A DNA stretch of 61,630 bases, the filler included, from Globobulimina sp. (taxonomy: Eukaryota): the NCBI GenBank assembly GCA_003354225.1. It is 23 parts of 23 records of this genome, joined end to end, with 100 filler letters (N's around TTAATTAATTAA, not from the genome) between each part and the next. Parts side by side here need not be neighbours in the genome. Positions count along the whole stretch, not along the records: positions 24,167 to 26,750 come from PIVH01005862.1; positions 26,851 to 29,434 come from PIVH01005863.1; positions 29,535 to 32,118 come from PIVH01005864.1; positions 32,219 to 34,802 come from PIVH01005865.1; positions 34,903 to 37,486 come from PIVH01005866.1; 18 more parts are not named here. One strand, given 5' to 3'. Below, piece after piece: positions 24,288 through 36,441 of this stretch. The position numbers were made by a program, and so were the translations under genes. The stretch's first letter is position 1; every line of letters begins with the position of its first letter. The notes beneath the pieces were generated by a model. It worked only from the letters and a program-made list of their open reading frames with translations, was not told the DNA's origin and made no database searches.

Positions 24288-25651
24288 TTGTTTTCGTTTC
24301 GCGAATGGAGCTCGACGGCGAGATTACATTTCCGCGAATTCAATGAGTTGCCGCACGAGTTCGAGAGTCGCGTGTTGGCGGCGCATGAGTCCGCCCGAAA
24401 ATATATCGATTCGTTCCCGGCCGCGCCGCATAAACGGATATTGTCGGAGTTGCTGTCATATATTTCGGGCTCCATCGTCGCAGTGCTGCTGTTGCTGACT
24501 TTCATCGATTCCTCAATTTTGTTGAACATCCAATTATTTGACCGCTCCTTGGTGTGGTTTCTGGCCATTTTCAGCGCGTTGCTGGCGCTCTCAAGAAGTG
24601 CGCAGAATGACTCCAACGGCACCTGTCTGGACTTCGAAGTGTTGATGAATGAGATCGCCGCCAATACGCACTATTTCCCCGCAAAATGGCAGCACAAATG
24701 CCATTCGCAAGCGGTGCGCAACGAGTTTATGAATTTATATCAGCCCAAATTGAACTTGTTTCTTCACGAAATGCTGTCGGTGTTCACCACGCCGTTCATT
24801 TTGATGCTGACTTTGCCGAATTGCGTGGAAAAGTTGCTGTTGTTTGTCAAGCAATACACCGATCACATTGATGGCGTCGGCCATATTTGCTCTTATTCTC
24901 GTTTTGATTTTAAACGCTTTGCACATCATTCATTCAGGTATTTTGACAAAAAATTTCAACAAATTATAGCTATGTTATGTTTGTACATAATATGTTTGTT
25001 GAAAGAAGGGACAGCAAAGTAAATAATAATAAAATTGGTTTATTGTCGCCAATGGATAACCGACAGATATCAGACATATCCAACCTATCCTCAACCTCCT
25101 CCAATACCGTTGTGTCTCAACACGAAAATGAAACGGACGAAAAGCAACAGGAAGAAGTAAATGTTAATAATTTGCAATTACTGCACAACAAGAAATTGGA
25201 ATCTTCATTTTTAACATTTGCTATAAATAATCCAAAATGGAGAAGTGATGAATATCAATCCATTGTGTTGCAGAGTATTATGCAAAATGCAGTGACCACT
25301 ACAAATACACATACATATAATTCGCCATCGACGCCGGAATCAAATAAAACAAATAAAGAACTCGGAGCTACTTTTTCAGAGTTATTGCAGTCGTCGCAGT
25401 CGCATAGTCAATATTTAATTGGATATTCAAATGAAAATATACAACAATCTACGAATGGTTTGTTCAATACATTGCAAAGACACAATGGCAATGAGAATGG
25501 GAATCAGAATCAGAATAATATGCTGTCGGAAATACATGAAAGTGATATGAGTCCCTCTGATTCTTCCATTGACAATGAAGAGCAGGAAGAGGAAGAAGAA
25601 TATCATAATGCACCATATAAGACCTTATTGGATCATCAACAAAAAATATAG
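24288..25651 (+). CDS. ATG9: Autophagy protein ATG9, 5'-partial
   Basis: REWS..AR..FREFNELPHEF, THYFP..W, VRNEF..LY, E.LSVFTTPFIL, DGVGHICSYSRFDF, KLESSFLTF...NPKW. Intron from about 24938. Confidence 0.95.
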
Positions 25652-25763
25652 TGTGCCTTTTTGATGTAATAGAGAGAGCTTTTCCTATTTATTTCTTTTC
25701 CAAACATTGCTGCGCTGTTCAACTCGGGAAAGTATATTAGAATTCAAAATCAATTGACTTTTT

Positions 25764-25888
25764 CAGAGTTTTCAAATGTTGGTTTGTCATGACAAAGAAA
25801 AAAAGTCATGACAAAAAAAAACGTCATGATAAAGAAAAAAAAGTCATGATAAAGCTTTGTCATAACCAACCAACATTTGAAAACCCTG
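25764..25888. mobile_element. 125-bp MITE-like element with 34-bp TIRs and internal GTCATGAYAAA repeats
   Basis: cagagttttcaaatgttggtttgtcatgacaaag versus the reverse complement of ctttgtcataaccaaccaacatttgaaaaccctg (3 mismatches). CAGGG-type end. No clean TSD. Confidence 0.7.
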
Positions 25889-26492
25889 CAATTGTCTGAA
25901 GTGCTGATAAACCCAAACGATGAGTTTTGTTAGATATGCGCCTAGCTTTAAGGTAAAAAATATATGGGAAGGAAAACAGGTTAAAAATATAATGTTAAAA
26001 GTGTCGCCTTTCTAGTGAATTGTTTGGTTTCTTAGTGAATATTTTAATGTTTTTCATATAAGGTTAAAATCGCTTCGAAAACTTTATTTAATCGCTTCGA
26101 TTTATAAAAAAACATACTAGTACTTTATGTGTTTAAGTAACTGATTTTGAATCAATTTATTGATCAAGCAGTCAACCAGCTGCAAAGAGTTTGCCAATCA
26201 ATAATGCGTTTTAATTTCTATGAAAACCTTGGAAGAGTAAGCACTACCTTAATATCATTATTATTTTGGCAATATTTTGTGGCAATTATTAGGGGTTTTT
26301 TGTCGAGATTGGTAAATGTATTTGTTGAAATTGGCATCTGATGTTGGTTATGTTGAGGGGGAAGAAGATTTTTAGTGTTTTGAAGATTCTTTGTGTCTGT
26401 CCTCGCACTAATGTTTTTTCACCACAGCAGTTAAATAAAATAATACAACACGACTCTCACTTTCTAAATTGTGCGTAGGTACTTGTAGAGCG

Positions 26493-26750
26493 ATGAAACA
26501 ATGGTATCGATGGATAATTTGTCTTATTGTATGTGGAAATTCAATTTGCTTTTCTATAAATCGTGTTATATTGGTACAAATCCAGGATCAAGTGATGGAG
26601 TGGTATGGTATTAATGCTATGCAATACAATTTGTTAATGACATTATATTCTTGGCCTAATATTGTTTGTTGTATATTATTCGGTATATTGATCGATAAAT
26701 TTGCCGTAAGAAAGATTTTATCATTTGTATGGTTTTTAGATATTATTGGA
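26493..26750 (+). CDS. MFSD1: MFS transporter, MFSD1-like, 3'-partial
   Basis: QYNLLMTLYSWPNIVCCILFGILIDKFAVR matches the MFSD1 TM2 motif YSWPN......G.LID. Confidence 0.75.
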
Positions 26751-27076
26751 NNNNNNNNNNNNNNNNNNNNNNNNNNNNNNNNNNNNNNNNNNNNTTAATT
26801 AATTAANNNNNNNNNNNNNNNNNNNNNNNNNNNNNNNNNNNNNNNNNNNNTGTTTCATTGATGCTAGTAGTACATACTATATAGGGCTAGGTTCTCAAAG
26901 TAACAAGACGAACACATCCTTTGAAAAAAAACAAAAACACGTTAGTCAGTTAAGTACATATGTTATAACAGAAAATAAACAGCGCCTTCCTGACATGGCA
27001 AACGTTGAAAACATACCGCAATGCAAATATGATGTCCATGCGCTGTTGATTTTGGTGTTGTTGGTGCTATGGATAA

Positions 27077-27111
27077 TGGATTTGCAAACCCAAGACAAAG
27101 TTATAACAAAC
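27077..27111. repeat. Fragment of the same dispersed TIR family
   Basis: 35 bp identical to 20478-20512. Confidence 0.8.
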
Positions 27112-27135
27112 CCAGTACAAATACAAGATATAAAT

Positions 27136-28077
27136 TTACAATTTAGCTATCAGTGACTCAGTTTGATATGGCAAAACAAACGAAGCAGCGTGCATTTTTT
27201 CAGAATAATATTTTAGTGTTGTTTGTATTTTATTTGGTATTTCCCTGTAAATCCTATTGACCGCCACTGTTTTATACTTTTCTTGCATTCTGCCACAATA
27301 CTTTCTGGCCAATAAACAACCCAATTGGCCGGAAGTGTACATTGGAGTATACATAGTACAGTATCTAACATCGCCTCCTTTATGTATCATCCTTGAATCT
27401 TTTAATGATTTGTATATAACTGAATTATCATCAAAAATGCACTCATTTTGGCTATTCACAATTCCGCCTTCTCTCAAAATACGATGACAATGTTCATAAA
27501 ATTCAGTAGTAAATAACGCGGTGCTCGGCGACGAACCAATGGGATCGGTGCCATCCACAATAATTATGTCAAATGTATTGTCATTACAATGTTTTACATA
27601 TTTGATGCCATCATCAATTAATAATTTTACTCTTCTATCATTGTAAATGTTTTTTGTATGAATGGTTGGAAAAAGTTCTTTTGTCAATGCAATAACATCG
27701 CTATCAATCTCAACCCAAATTATTTGCTGCACACAGTCATGTTTTATGAGCTCACGAATACAGCCTCCATCGCCTCCACCTATAACTAAAACGTTTCTAG
27801 GATTTGTGTGCGCAAATAATGGAACATGAACCATCATTTCATGGTAAATGTTTTCCCACAATGTATCAAACTGAACCACACCATCCAACACCATAACTCG
27901 TGAGCCATTGTTTGCATCAAATATTAGGATCTCTTGATATTTTGAGCTTTTTAAAGCAAGGATTTTCTTCACAGAATAACTGTTACAAAAGCCTGGCCAG
28001 GCATCGTTTTTCTCGTGAAACCATCCATTCTCAATCAGGGATAAACCAATGCTTTGATTAGGTGCAAACTGTGCCAT
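27136..28077 (-). CDS. SRM: Spermidine synthase (aminopropyltransferase)
   Basis: GWFHE...WPG, SKYQEI, LDGVVQ, YHEMMVH.PL..H.NP..VLVIGGGDGG, FDIIIVDGTDPIG, YY...MHAASFVLP. Confidence 0.95.
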   Translation of the reverse strand: MAQFAPNQSIGLSLIENGWFHEKNDAWPGFCNSYSVKKILALKSSKYQEILIFDANNGSRVMVLDGVVQFDTLWENIYHEMMVHVPLFAHTNPRNVLVIGGGDGGCIRELIKHDCVQQIIWVEIDSDVIALTKELFPTIHTKNIYNDRRVKLLIDDGIKYVKHCNDNTFDIIIVDGTDPIGSSPSTALFTTEFYEHCHRILREGGIVNSQNECIFDDNSVIYKSLKDSRMIHKGGDVRYCTMYTPMYTSGQLGCLLARKYCGRMQEKYKTVAVNRIYREIPNKIQTTLKYYSEKMHAASFVLPYQTESLIAKL

Positions 28078-28255
28078 GACCCAATAAAAAAAACTGTTAC
28101 TAAAACACAGTAAAGAATACTAAATATAAATGATTTTAACAATTAAATTCCAACTTATATATCTCACACTTAATTAAACTTAAATTTATATTGGGAACAG
28201 TCAGATGAACGAAGAGATAGCGACAATTATACAATGTAGTGAAGTGTTTAAATTA

Positions 28256-29400
28256 TTATTGGTCCGATTGCATGATTTGTGATTCCGGCGGCTTGACACA
28301 AAAAACAGCTCTACAATTTTTAACACAGCCCTCATCGTACGGATTGCCAGATAGCTGGAAGGTATTTTTGACGTTTTCATTGGTTGTTTCTTGATTGCAA
28401 ATAAGCGAACAATGATAAAATGCCAACGCTGACACAGACAAACATATTAAGGTCGAAAATAAGCCAACACCAAAGGCGTACGGTTGGTTCCTTATCGTTT
28501 TCCAAATACGAGCTTGCAAAATATTTTCATCCTCATCGAAATCCAATTGTGTATATTTAATATACAATACAATGACAGAGATGAATGTGCTATATACAGA
28601 ATAGAATGATATCGAAAACAAGAAAAGTGAGAAATATCTGTAATTTCTTTGCCCGATACACGTACCGACCCAAGGACAGTGATGATCTGTTTAGAAAATA
28701 CAAATATAAGCAATATACAGTACAGGTCAGGTCAGTACATACCGAATTTACGAACACAGCAATTACAAAATCGGCAATGTTTTGCGCGCGGCGGTCTCCA
28801 TATTTTGCAGGTCTCGCAGAATTTGCTTCCATTTGGTTTTAATTGTTGATGCGACGGCGGTGTGGTCTCATTGCCGCGTGGTAGATATCCAGGATCCGTA
28901 AAGGACGCCATGTACAATGCATAGAGGACAAATACAAATAATAGGCATGATATGATACAAAATGCGATAAAAGAGTGATGCCTGGCGTATAACGCAGGAA
29001 ATATATATAGATACTGCAAAACTGATGGAGCGAGCAATAAAATGTTTGTGCACACAAAAAATTGAAAATCTGTGCCCCACATAACGCGGCCTGAACAACA
29101 AAATCTATTTCGACTGATTTTCTCCCATTTGCGCCATGTCACCCTTCTGTATCCTTTGCCGTCATCGAAATTGTTTATATCTCCCGATGTGTTGCTCCTA
29201 TAATTCCTATTTTTTATGTGCTCGTTGTCTTTGGACATTAAGCGAGTGGAGGCTGTCGACATTGTGGTGGAGGCCATGGAAGAGTGTGCGGACGAGCTTG
29301 AGTGTGACGTGCAGCTGTATTCGTAGGTACAATTTTGGTCTTTGTCTTTCTCTTTGTCCTCATGATCCATTTGAATGTTTATTCCATTATTTTTATGCAC
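28256..29400 (-). CDS. DHHC palmitoyltransferase (ERF2/ZDHHC9-like)
   Basis: RNRFCCSGR, TDPGYLPR, KFCETCKIWRPPRAKHC..CNCCV. Removing the intron at 28687-28742 gives FDHHCPWVGTCIGQRNYRYF. TTNE and NPYD.G follow. Confidence 0.93.
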
Positions 29401-29534
29401 TGATTCTTCATAATTTGCAGCAAATGGTAATGATNNNNNNNNNNNNNNNNNNNNNNNNNNNNNNNNNNNNNNNNNNNNTTAATTAATTAANNNNNNNNNN
29501 NNNNNNNNNNNNNNNNNNNNNNNNNNNNNNNNNN

Positions 29535-30936
29535 GCCGCCTTCTTTAATATCAGTAAATGGCAAAATATATTATGACATTAAGGTATTGAGACTAACATA
29601 ATTATATATTGTAGGATGTACAAACATCTTTAATTCTATATAGAGAGAAATTTCAAGGGCTGATTACCGTCAATCAATCGAGAGATTATATGTAATCCAA
29701 TGGATTCGTAGCAATTGGACTGATGCGCAACACAAGGACGCATTCATTGAATTTGCAGAGAAATATAGGATTCTGTGCTTAAGCTCATCAGATTTTGATA
29801 TGTGGACTGTAAAAGAAATTGGGTCACATTTATTAGAAATAGAACCATTGGATTCTGAACTAATTTCGCGATATGCACTGGGTTGTGCTACGTGTGGACT
29901 CTACGCCGAAGCTGAGAAAGTATTCAAAAGGGCAACAAGAGGAAAGTTTGTAACTGCTTTCATGAATTACGCATACTTTTTGCTGAAACAAAAAAGAGAT
30001 GTCGAAGCATGCGAAGTTTTTCAAAAAGCTTTGAAAATCAGTCCCCTTTCTGTCAAATCTTTACTGGGCATTGGCAGGATTTTGAACAGAATGGGCGATT
30101 TTGAGAATGCTGAATATTATTTAAAAAAATGTATCAGTGTCCAACCACTGTTGGATTCCGCACATTATCGATATGGCTGTTTTTTATACGAAACACGTCA
30201 ATATCAACAAGCACACAAAGAGCTGATGAAGGCATTGGAACTATGGCCATATTCTGATAGAACTCATAATATGATCGCAGTGAATCTTATGGTCGGTTTG
30301 AATGATATGCGAGGATGTAAATATCATTTGGAGCAATGCTTGAATATCAATCCAGAAAATAGACATGCAAAATATAGATATTATAAAAACTTTGATGGTA
30401 ATTATCAACCAAATCAGAGGAATTTGAAAAACAATGTGTGGAATGGATATAAACGAGATCAGGGAAAATGGGGTTCATTCAATGGCTCAGAAAAGGAATT
30501 TGATATATTCTGGTATGATAAATTAGAAATGTGGCTAATTGATGAACAATTTCAAACGTATCGCGAATATTTTATTCAAAAGAAGATGAATAATATACAG
30601 TCTTTATTTTCAATGTATAAATTAAAATTGAAGGAAAGCATTGGAATTCAAAATGAAGAGCATTTAGAAATTATTATGAGTTGCATTGATAAACATATAA
30701 TTGGGTCACATTGTGAATTTAAGGAGTGGTTAGGAACTATTGTATTGAATAAGGATTTATTGCATGTGTATTGTGATAGTTTTCAGCATAATTGGAAACC
30801 TATATATTCGTTTGATTCTTTTTATCGTAATGTTCCATCAGAGCAGAAATTAGCGTGTATTTTGGGCGGAGCACATAGAAGTTTAGTAGTTGCTATTTGG
30901 GAATCTTATTTAGTAAACTTTGCAGATGAAGAATGA
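29535..30936 (+). CDS. TPR-repeat protein with SAM-like C-terminal segments, 5'-partial
   Basis: Tandem TPRs (AEKVFKRA, ACEVFQKALKISP, AEYYLKKCISVQP). The frame extends upstream to an acceptor at 29643 (intron about 29584-29643). Confidence 0.8.
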
Positions 30937-30987
30937 TCAATGTTACACCATAGTATATAATCATTTGTCTACTCAATTAATTAATAT

Positions 30988-31947
30988 TTACTTTTGTTGA
31001 TAATAAGCATCCATAACATTTCTCATTTGTTTCATTTTTAAATCACTAAAGTTATAAAAATCCTGACTAATACCAGTTGCCACTAAAATGGCATCAACAA
31101 ACGGTAGATAACTCTTTACATTTTGAGGAGTTACGCCTGAAGCAATAGATAATTTGCCTCCATTCTTGTCACATCCATCTTTAAATGCTTTCATTTTGTC
31201 CAAATCAGCAGCTTGGCCCGTTCCTTTACCGGTGGTACAAACACTGTCCATATATCCACCCAATGATACAAACTCTGACATTTTTCTACATTTCTCAATA
31301 TACATTGAGACATTATCATATTCGTTTTTATTTATTTGTTTTCGATATTTAAAATCAATACCACCGAAATATAATCCATTCCATTTATGTTTTTCATATT
31401 TCTGCAATCTAAATGACGCCCCGCTGTCCATTATGGTTTCATCTTTGCCTTTTGAGGAATAATGGATTCCGCCATCATCAATCCATAAACCATCCAATAC
31501 ATTCAATAAATTATTCTTTTTCATAAAATCAAATTCATCTCCATTGCAGCCCAAAAAATTAGCACCAATCCATAATTTGTCACCATATTTCTCTTTTATT
31601 TTACATATTATTGGTATTAATGATGGTGGACGAAATCCATGGTTTATTACAAAGCAGCCATTAAATTTATATTTGAAAATCAATGCAATATTTCTTTCAA
31701 TACAATCCATTGCATTCTTACCAGCCTGCATTGGATTTTTAACATGAATTACTGGTAAAACTGCATGTTTATGATCACCAAATGCTTTCTTCCATTTTGT
31801 ATTAATAATATCTGGGGCTAACCAAATATTTTTTGATGCATTGGGAATAACAATATCATTCTCCTTCTCTTCCAAAATTGTGTTATCAGCATTCTGTTGC
31901 TTTAATTCATCGGGAGAATTTAGCACAGGTTTTCTGGGAGCAGCCAT
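30988..31947 (-). CDS. BtpA/SgcQ-family TIM-barrel protein, intronless
   Basis: VLPVIH, G.F.INH, WIGANFL, DGLW.D, GLYFGG..FKY, D.VCTTG.GTG.AA, IASGVTP.NV..YLP.VD.ILVATGIS. Confidence 0.75.
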   Translation of the reverse strand: MAAPRKPVLNSPDELKQQNADNTILEEKENDIVIPNASKNIWLAPDIINTKWKKAFGDHKHAVLPVIHVKNPMQAGKNAMDCIERNIALIFKYKFNGCFVINHGFRPPSLIPIICKIKEKYGDKLWIGANFLGCNGDEFDFMKKNNLLNVLDGLWIDDGGIHYSSKGKDETIMDSGASFRLQKYEKHKWNGLYFGGIDFKYRKQINKNEYDNVSMYIEKCRKMSEFVSLGGYMDSVCTTGKGTGQAADLDKMKAFKDGCDKNGGKLSIASGVTPQNVKSYLPFVDAILVATGISQDFYNFSDLKMKQMRNVMDAYYQQK

Positions 31948-32218
31948 TGTGGAAAATGTACGATTGTGAAAACTGTTGAGTCAGACACGCTTATTTATTT
32001 ATTAACATTATTAAGAAACCAGTCTATATACTGTATCTGTTTTTTTTTGATTTAAACTGGTTTCAAAAATCATTGTCGGTTTTGCATGGTGTTTTACGCA
32101 TTGAAGATTAAAGGATTCNNNNNNNNNNNNNNNNNNNNNNNNNNNNNNNNNNNNNNNNNNNNTTAATTAATTAANNNNNNNNNNNNNNNNNNNNNNNNNN
32201 NNNNNNNNNNNNNNNNNN

Positions 32219-34571
32219 CAATTTGCGCTTTTAATTTCACTTCGATATAATAAAAAATATTTATTGTCTCTGGCGAATATCTCTTGCAATTAAATATAAC
32301 AAATATAATATAAAACATTGTAAATAAGAATGTGGAGCAAAATGCAGCAATTAAATGCTGCGAAATGCTGCCATCTGAAACAATAAAGTAAGCAAACTGG
32401 ACAATTAAATGTGGAAAGCATTCAATAAATAATGCAGTGGATAAAAGTTTATCATTTCCAAAATATAATTGTTTCATTTCCAACATCGAAATGCCTGAAT
32501 TCGTGAATTTTATTCCAAATAAATTTGAGGACACTACAGTTAACATTGGATACGTATTCCCACCACTTAACAGTACAAAAAACATAAAAGTAATTTTGTT
32601 TTTGTTATACCAATTCACAAAATACATATTATACGATATTATTTGTTTCATTTTGATGCCATAATACATATTTAAAAGCACTTTCAACACAATAAATGAG
32701 ACAATAATTACACCCAACACATGAGCTTTTCGATTGAATATTTCCCGGGCCATATTTATATTTGTTACCACGTCATAAATAGCGGCAGCTAATAGAATTA
32801 AACTGAACCAATGCACAGAATCAACCGGTAAACAAATTTGCATTTTAAGTATTTTCGACCATCGAGAAACACAAAGTGAAACCACAATACATGATAAAAG
32901 AAAGCCGGTAATGATCCAAAACACGAGATCTCCAAAATTCTGAGTTTGCTTTTTTATTAAAACAGCTTGCAAAGCGGTTGAATTTGCGACAGAAAACCGC
33001 AATGTTGGATTGTTAAAAAAAATTTGAAATGACGCTGTGACCGATTGTTGCCATTGCATACTTTGAGATGTTTTCACGATATAACTTGCAAAACGGTCAT
33101 CGAATTTCACCACTGAGCGAACATATAAATTATCCGCATGCTGCAACAAAATTTGCATTGTTAATTTATCTGCATTTACGCGATTAAATTTATACATTGC
33201 CACATCAAATAAGCGGTATTCTGGTAATTGAACTCTATCAAAATAATTTTGCTCAATTATTTGCTGCATATATTGAATGGCATTATTTTGAGAAACGTTT
33301 AATATAAAATGATAATTATCGATGGTTAAATTATGAAATATATAAATAATATCCATTTTCATATTCAATATATTGCTATTCGCAGTGGGTGGTATTGTTG
33401 GTGACTGTGTTGGACTGAATGTGGGGGAGTTAGTGGGCGATGTGGTTGGTGAAACAGTTGGGGAGTTTGTCGGAGAATTTGTAGGTGCGGATATAGGTGC
33501 AATGGTAGGCGGGGTAGATGGGGGAATGGTGGGTGATGTCGTAGGTGAATATGTTGGTGGCGCAGTTGGATTAGATGTTGGCGTTGTGGTTGGTGCCTTT
33601 GTTGGTGATTCAAGACATATTCCATCACAGTGCAATGATATAATATCGGATAATTCAATATAAATACATTGTGATCCGGACGCAATAAATTCTTCATCTT
33701 TCTCAATATATTCTTGATGTATTTTATAGCGCATAGCACAGGAACCGTTAATATTATTTTCAGCACAAATAACAGTGATATCTTGACATGGTAGTAATGA
33801 CTGTGCGTATTTGTCATCAAATAAATCTTGAATTGGTTGGTTTGCCATATTCTCATATTTAATATATTTACCATGCAAACCACATGAAATGGTATGTAAA
33901 TCCGATAAAAATCCCACATTATTATGTAAAAAAATATTTGCTGAATATTGATACATTAATAATTTGCTATATGCGCCATCTGCATAAATAGTAAGAGAAT
34001 CGCATGAATGCTGTTTGTAACAAGATATGAATGTATTTGAGTTATTTTTGGAAGATATTTCATCGAAATGCACAATGGCATCTTTACATGAATTGATTTC
34101 TAAACAATGTAATTCTGCCCGGGATACACCAGTTACATTTAATTTTAATTGGAAGCACGCACTTTCTGCAGCACATATAACGGTGATTGAAGTGGTAGGG
34201 AATTGGTCCGCGATTATCGTCATTGCAGTACAACTGTCTTTGTGAGTGCATATTATATTACATCCAAGCGGTGAATTACAATATATTGTCGCTACTACGC
34301 ATGAAATTGAATGTTGACAATAATAACTACAGCCATTGGTATTATTACAAACGAATGGAAATGAAATAAAATCTGCAGTAACATTTGATTTAATTTCAGT
34401 GGAATTATTATTCATTTTAATGTATGTTATTAAATCAGTAATGTTTAATACACTGTCGGTGCCATTATTGCTTGTATAATTATTATAGTTGATACATGTT
34501 TCGTTTTGGGAGTATGATATATGAATTGTAAGGAACGCGATAAGTAACAAATTAGTCAATATGGCTACCAT
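32219..34571 (-). CDS. Cell-surface protein: signal peptide, Cys-rich repeats, PTxSPT mucin-like stalk, multi-TM domain; 3'-partial
   Basis: Signal MVAILTNLLLIAFL. C....SC repeats. (S/A)PT.. tetrapeptide array at about 33385-33607. Six or more hydrophobic helices follow. Confidence 0.8.
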
Positions 34572-35087
34572 GCTGTCAAAGAAAGAAAACTGTGAAAACA
34601 GTACACTATAATTAAAATCAAAGGGCAAATACATAATAGTTGCTATCATTCATATGCGTAGTCCACAAAGTTTTGATGGATTTCATAACTTTCAACTTTA
34701 AATACCAGAAAATCATTTGAATTCCATAAAAATTCCAAATATGGAAAATACTCAATCCACTTATTTCGCGCAATTAAAATGACGCCACCTTGTGTGATCT
34801 GANNNNNNNNNNNNNNNNNNNNNNNNNNNNNNNNNNNNNNNNNNNNTTAATTAATTAANNNNNNNNNNNNNNNNNNNNNNNNNNNNNNNNNNNNNNNNNN
34901 NNCTAATATGCGTACCTCTTATCGGGAACACTACTGTATCTTTAGCAACATCAGTTTTACAAATGTCTTTACCAAATATTTGTTTTGTCACTTTATCAGT
35001 GACTCGCAATACAATAATCCTATTTTTTGCCTTTTAATATGTTCATCACCATAATCAATCTTTGCATCGTCATCACCCGTTTTGCTA

Positions 35088-35920
35088 TAAAACGCACTCA
35101 AAAACTCTTCCGGTTCATTCCCTTAAATTCATTTATTCGAATTTAACAATCGGTATATTCGTAGATCAGATCTCCCCGAATCTGTGCAATATTGAAGTGC
35201 ATATTTAATTTCATTGCTTTTGTCGATTCTTTTTAATACCAATCCAAATATATATACTATGGCTTAGATCCACGATAAAACAAACTTGCAATTCGACTCT
35301 AACAATGATCGCTTAGTAAACGATGGTATCACAACATGACCCAAACTCCAACACATCGGATCTATTCTGGCACCATCAAGTACCTTAAACTCATTCTTTC
35401 CTTTTGCTACTCCTTCTCCTCCATATCATTTGCAGCAATGTCCGATCCGGTGGCATATCATCGGATTTCCACTGTCATCAAATATTATCCTTCAATAATG
35501 GATATGTAGTATGCGCAGAATCGAATCAATGCTTCGTTCCTTTTTCCCACACATTACATTTATCGCCGTTGTATTGATACAATTAATTTCAAGCCGCCAT
35601 CCAATACGAACACATCAGTGGAATTCAACGAGTTTAGCTGTAATTTAATAATCGCGGATCATACAATTGATTCAGGCTCGACGTGATTGAATTAAATAAT
35701 TGCAGGAATTGCTTAGATTTAATTATAATTCGAATGCTTGGACTTGTCTGTATTGCACAGGTTGTCGAATTGACCCAAATAATCATCCAATTGAATTCCA
35801 CTGTTTTGTAGGCGGCAGAACCAGCCTCATCTTGCGTTGTATTGCTACCTAACCAGTCCAGAAATGAACATTATGTTTTAATCGCCATCATAAAATTCAC
35901 CATATTGCTGTTTTGGCCAA
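35088..35920 (-). pseudogene. Degenerate gelsolin/severin-family gene
   Basis: Fragments in shifting frames: WPKQQYGEFYDGD*, VHFW/LGSNTTQDEAGSAAYKTVE/LDDYLG, PVQYRQVQAFE, LNSLNSTDVFVLDGGLK/LYQYNG.KCNVWEK, FIVDLSHSIYIWIG, GNEPEEFLSAF. Confidence 0.85.
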
Positions 35921-36060
35921 CATTTTCCATTGTCAATGGCTCTGAAAACATTCATGTTTGACTCAAATGATGTTTATCACATTGCAAAAAATCATACCTT
36001 TTTTTTCGCACACGAAACAAAAAAAAGAAAAGTATATTTAAATGAGAATTAATAAATCTA

Positions 36061-36133
36061 TGGAGTACCCGGGTTTCGATCCCGGTGCCTTAACGTTGCG
36101 AACGTTACGCGCTTCCGATTGCGCCAGTACCCC
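36061..36133 (-). tRNA. tRNA-Ala(CGC): tRNA-Ala (anticodon CGC)
   Basis: 73-nt cloverleaf: acceptor GGGGTAC/GTACTCC with G3:U70, D arm GCGC/GCGC, anticodon arm TAACG-TTCGCAA-CGTTA, T arm CCGGG-ATCGAAA-CCCGG (eukaryotic A54). No encoded CCA. Downstream T-run. Confidence 0.97.
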
Positions 36134-36441
36134 CTTTTTGACTTTGCCGGTTTTATTATATGAATCTACCATTTTAATTAATGTGATATATAAACATCTG
36201 GTTTATTCCCGTCATGAAATTATGGGAATTGGGTGAACATTTTTCGACACACTGCAGTTTTCTGACGTCGACTTTTTGGAAATGTCATGTAACGCCTATA
36301 AAAGTAACTTTCTGAGGATGCTGCGTTTGACAAATAAGGTAAGCTTAGTGCTGCTGATAGCAGATAATAGGAAAGCATTGCAAGGTAACGAGTTTTTTGT
36401 TGTTCAAAAAGCCAAGATTCAAAGTTTCGATAATTTTTATT

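Noticed and set aside
36042..36236. 64-aa ORF
   Set aside because: It overlaps the tRNA-Ala gene on the opposite strand.
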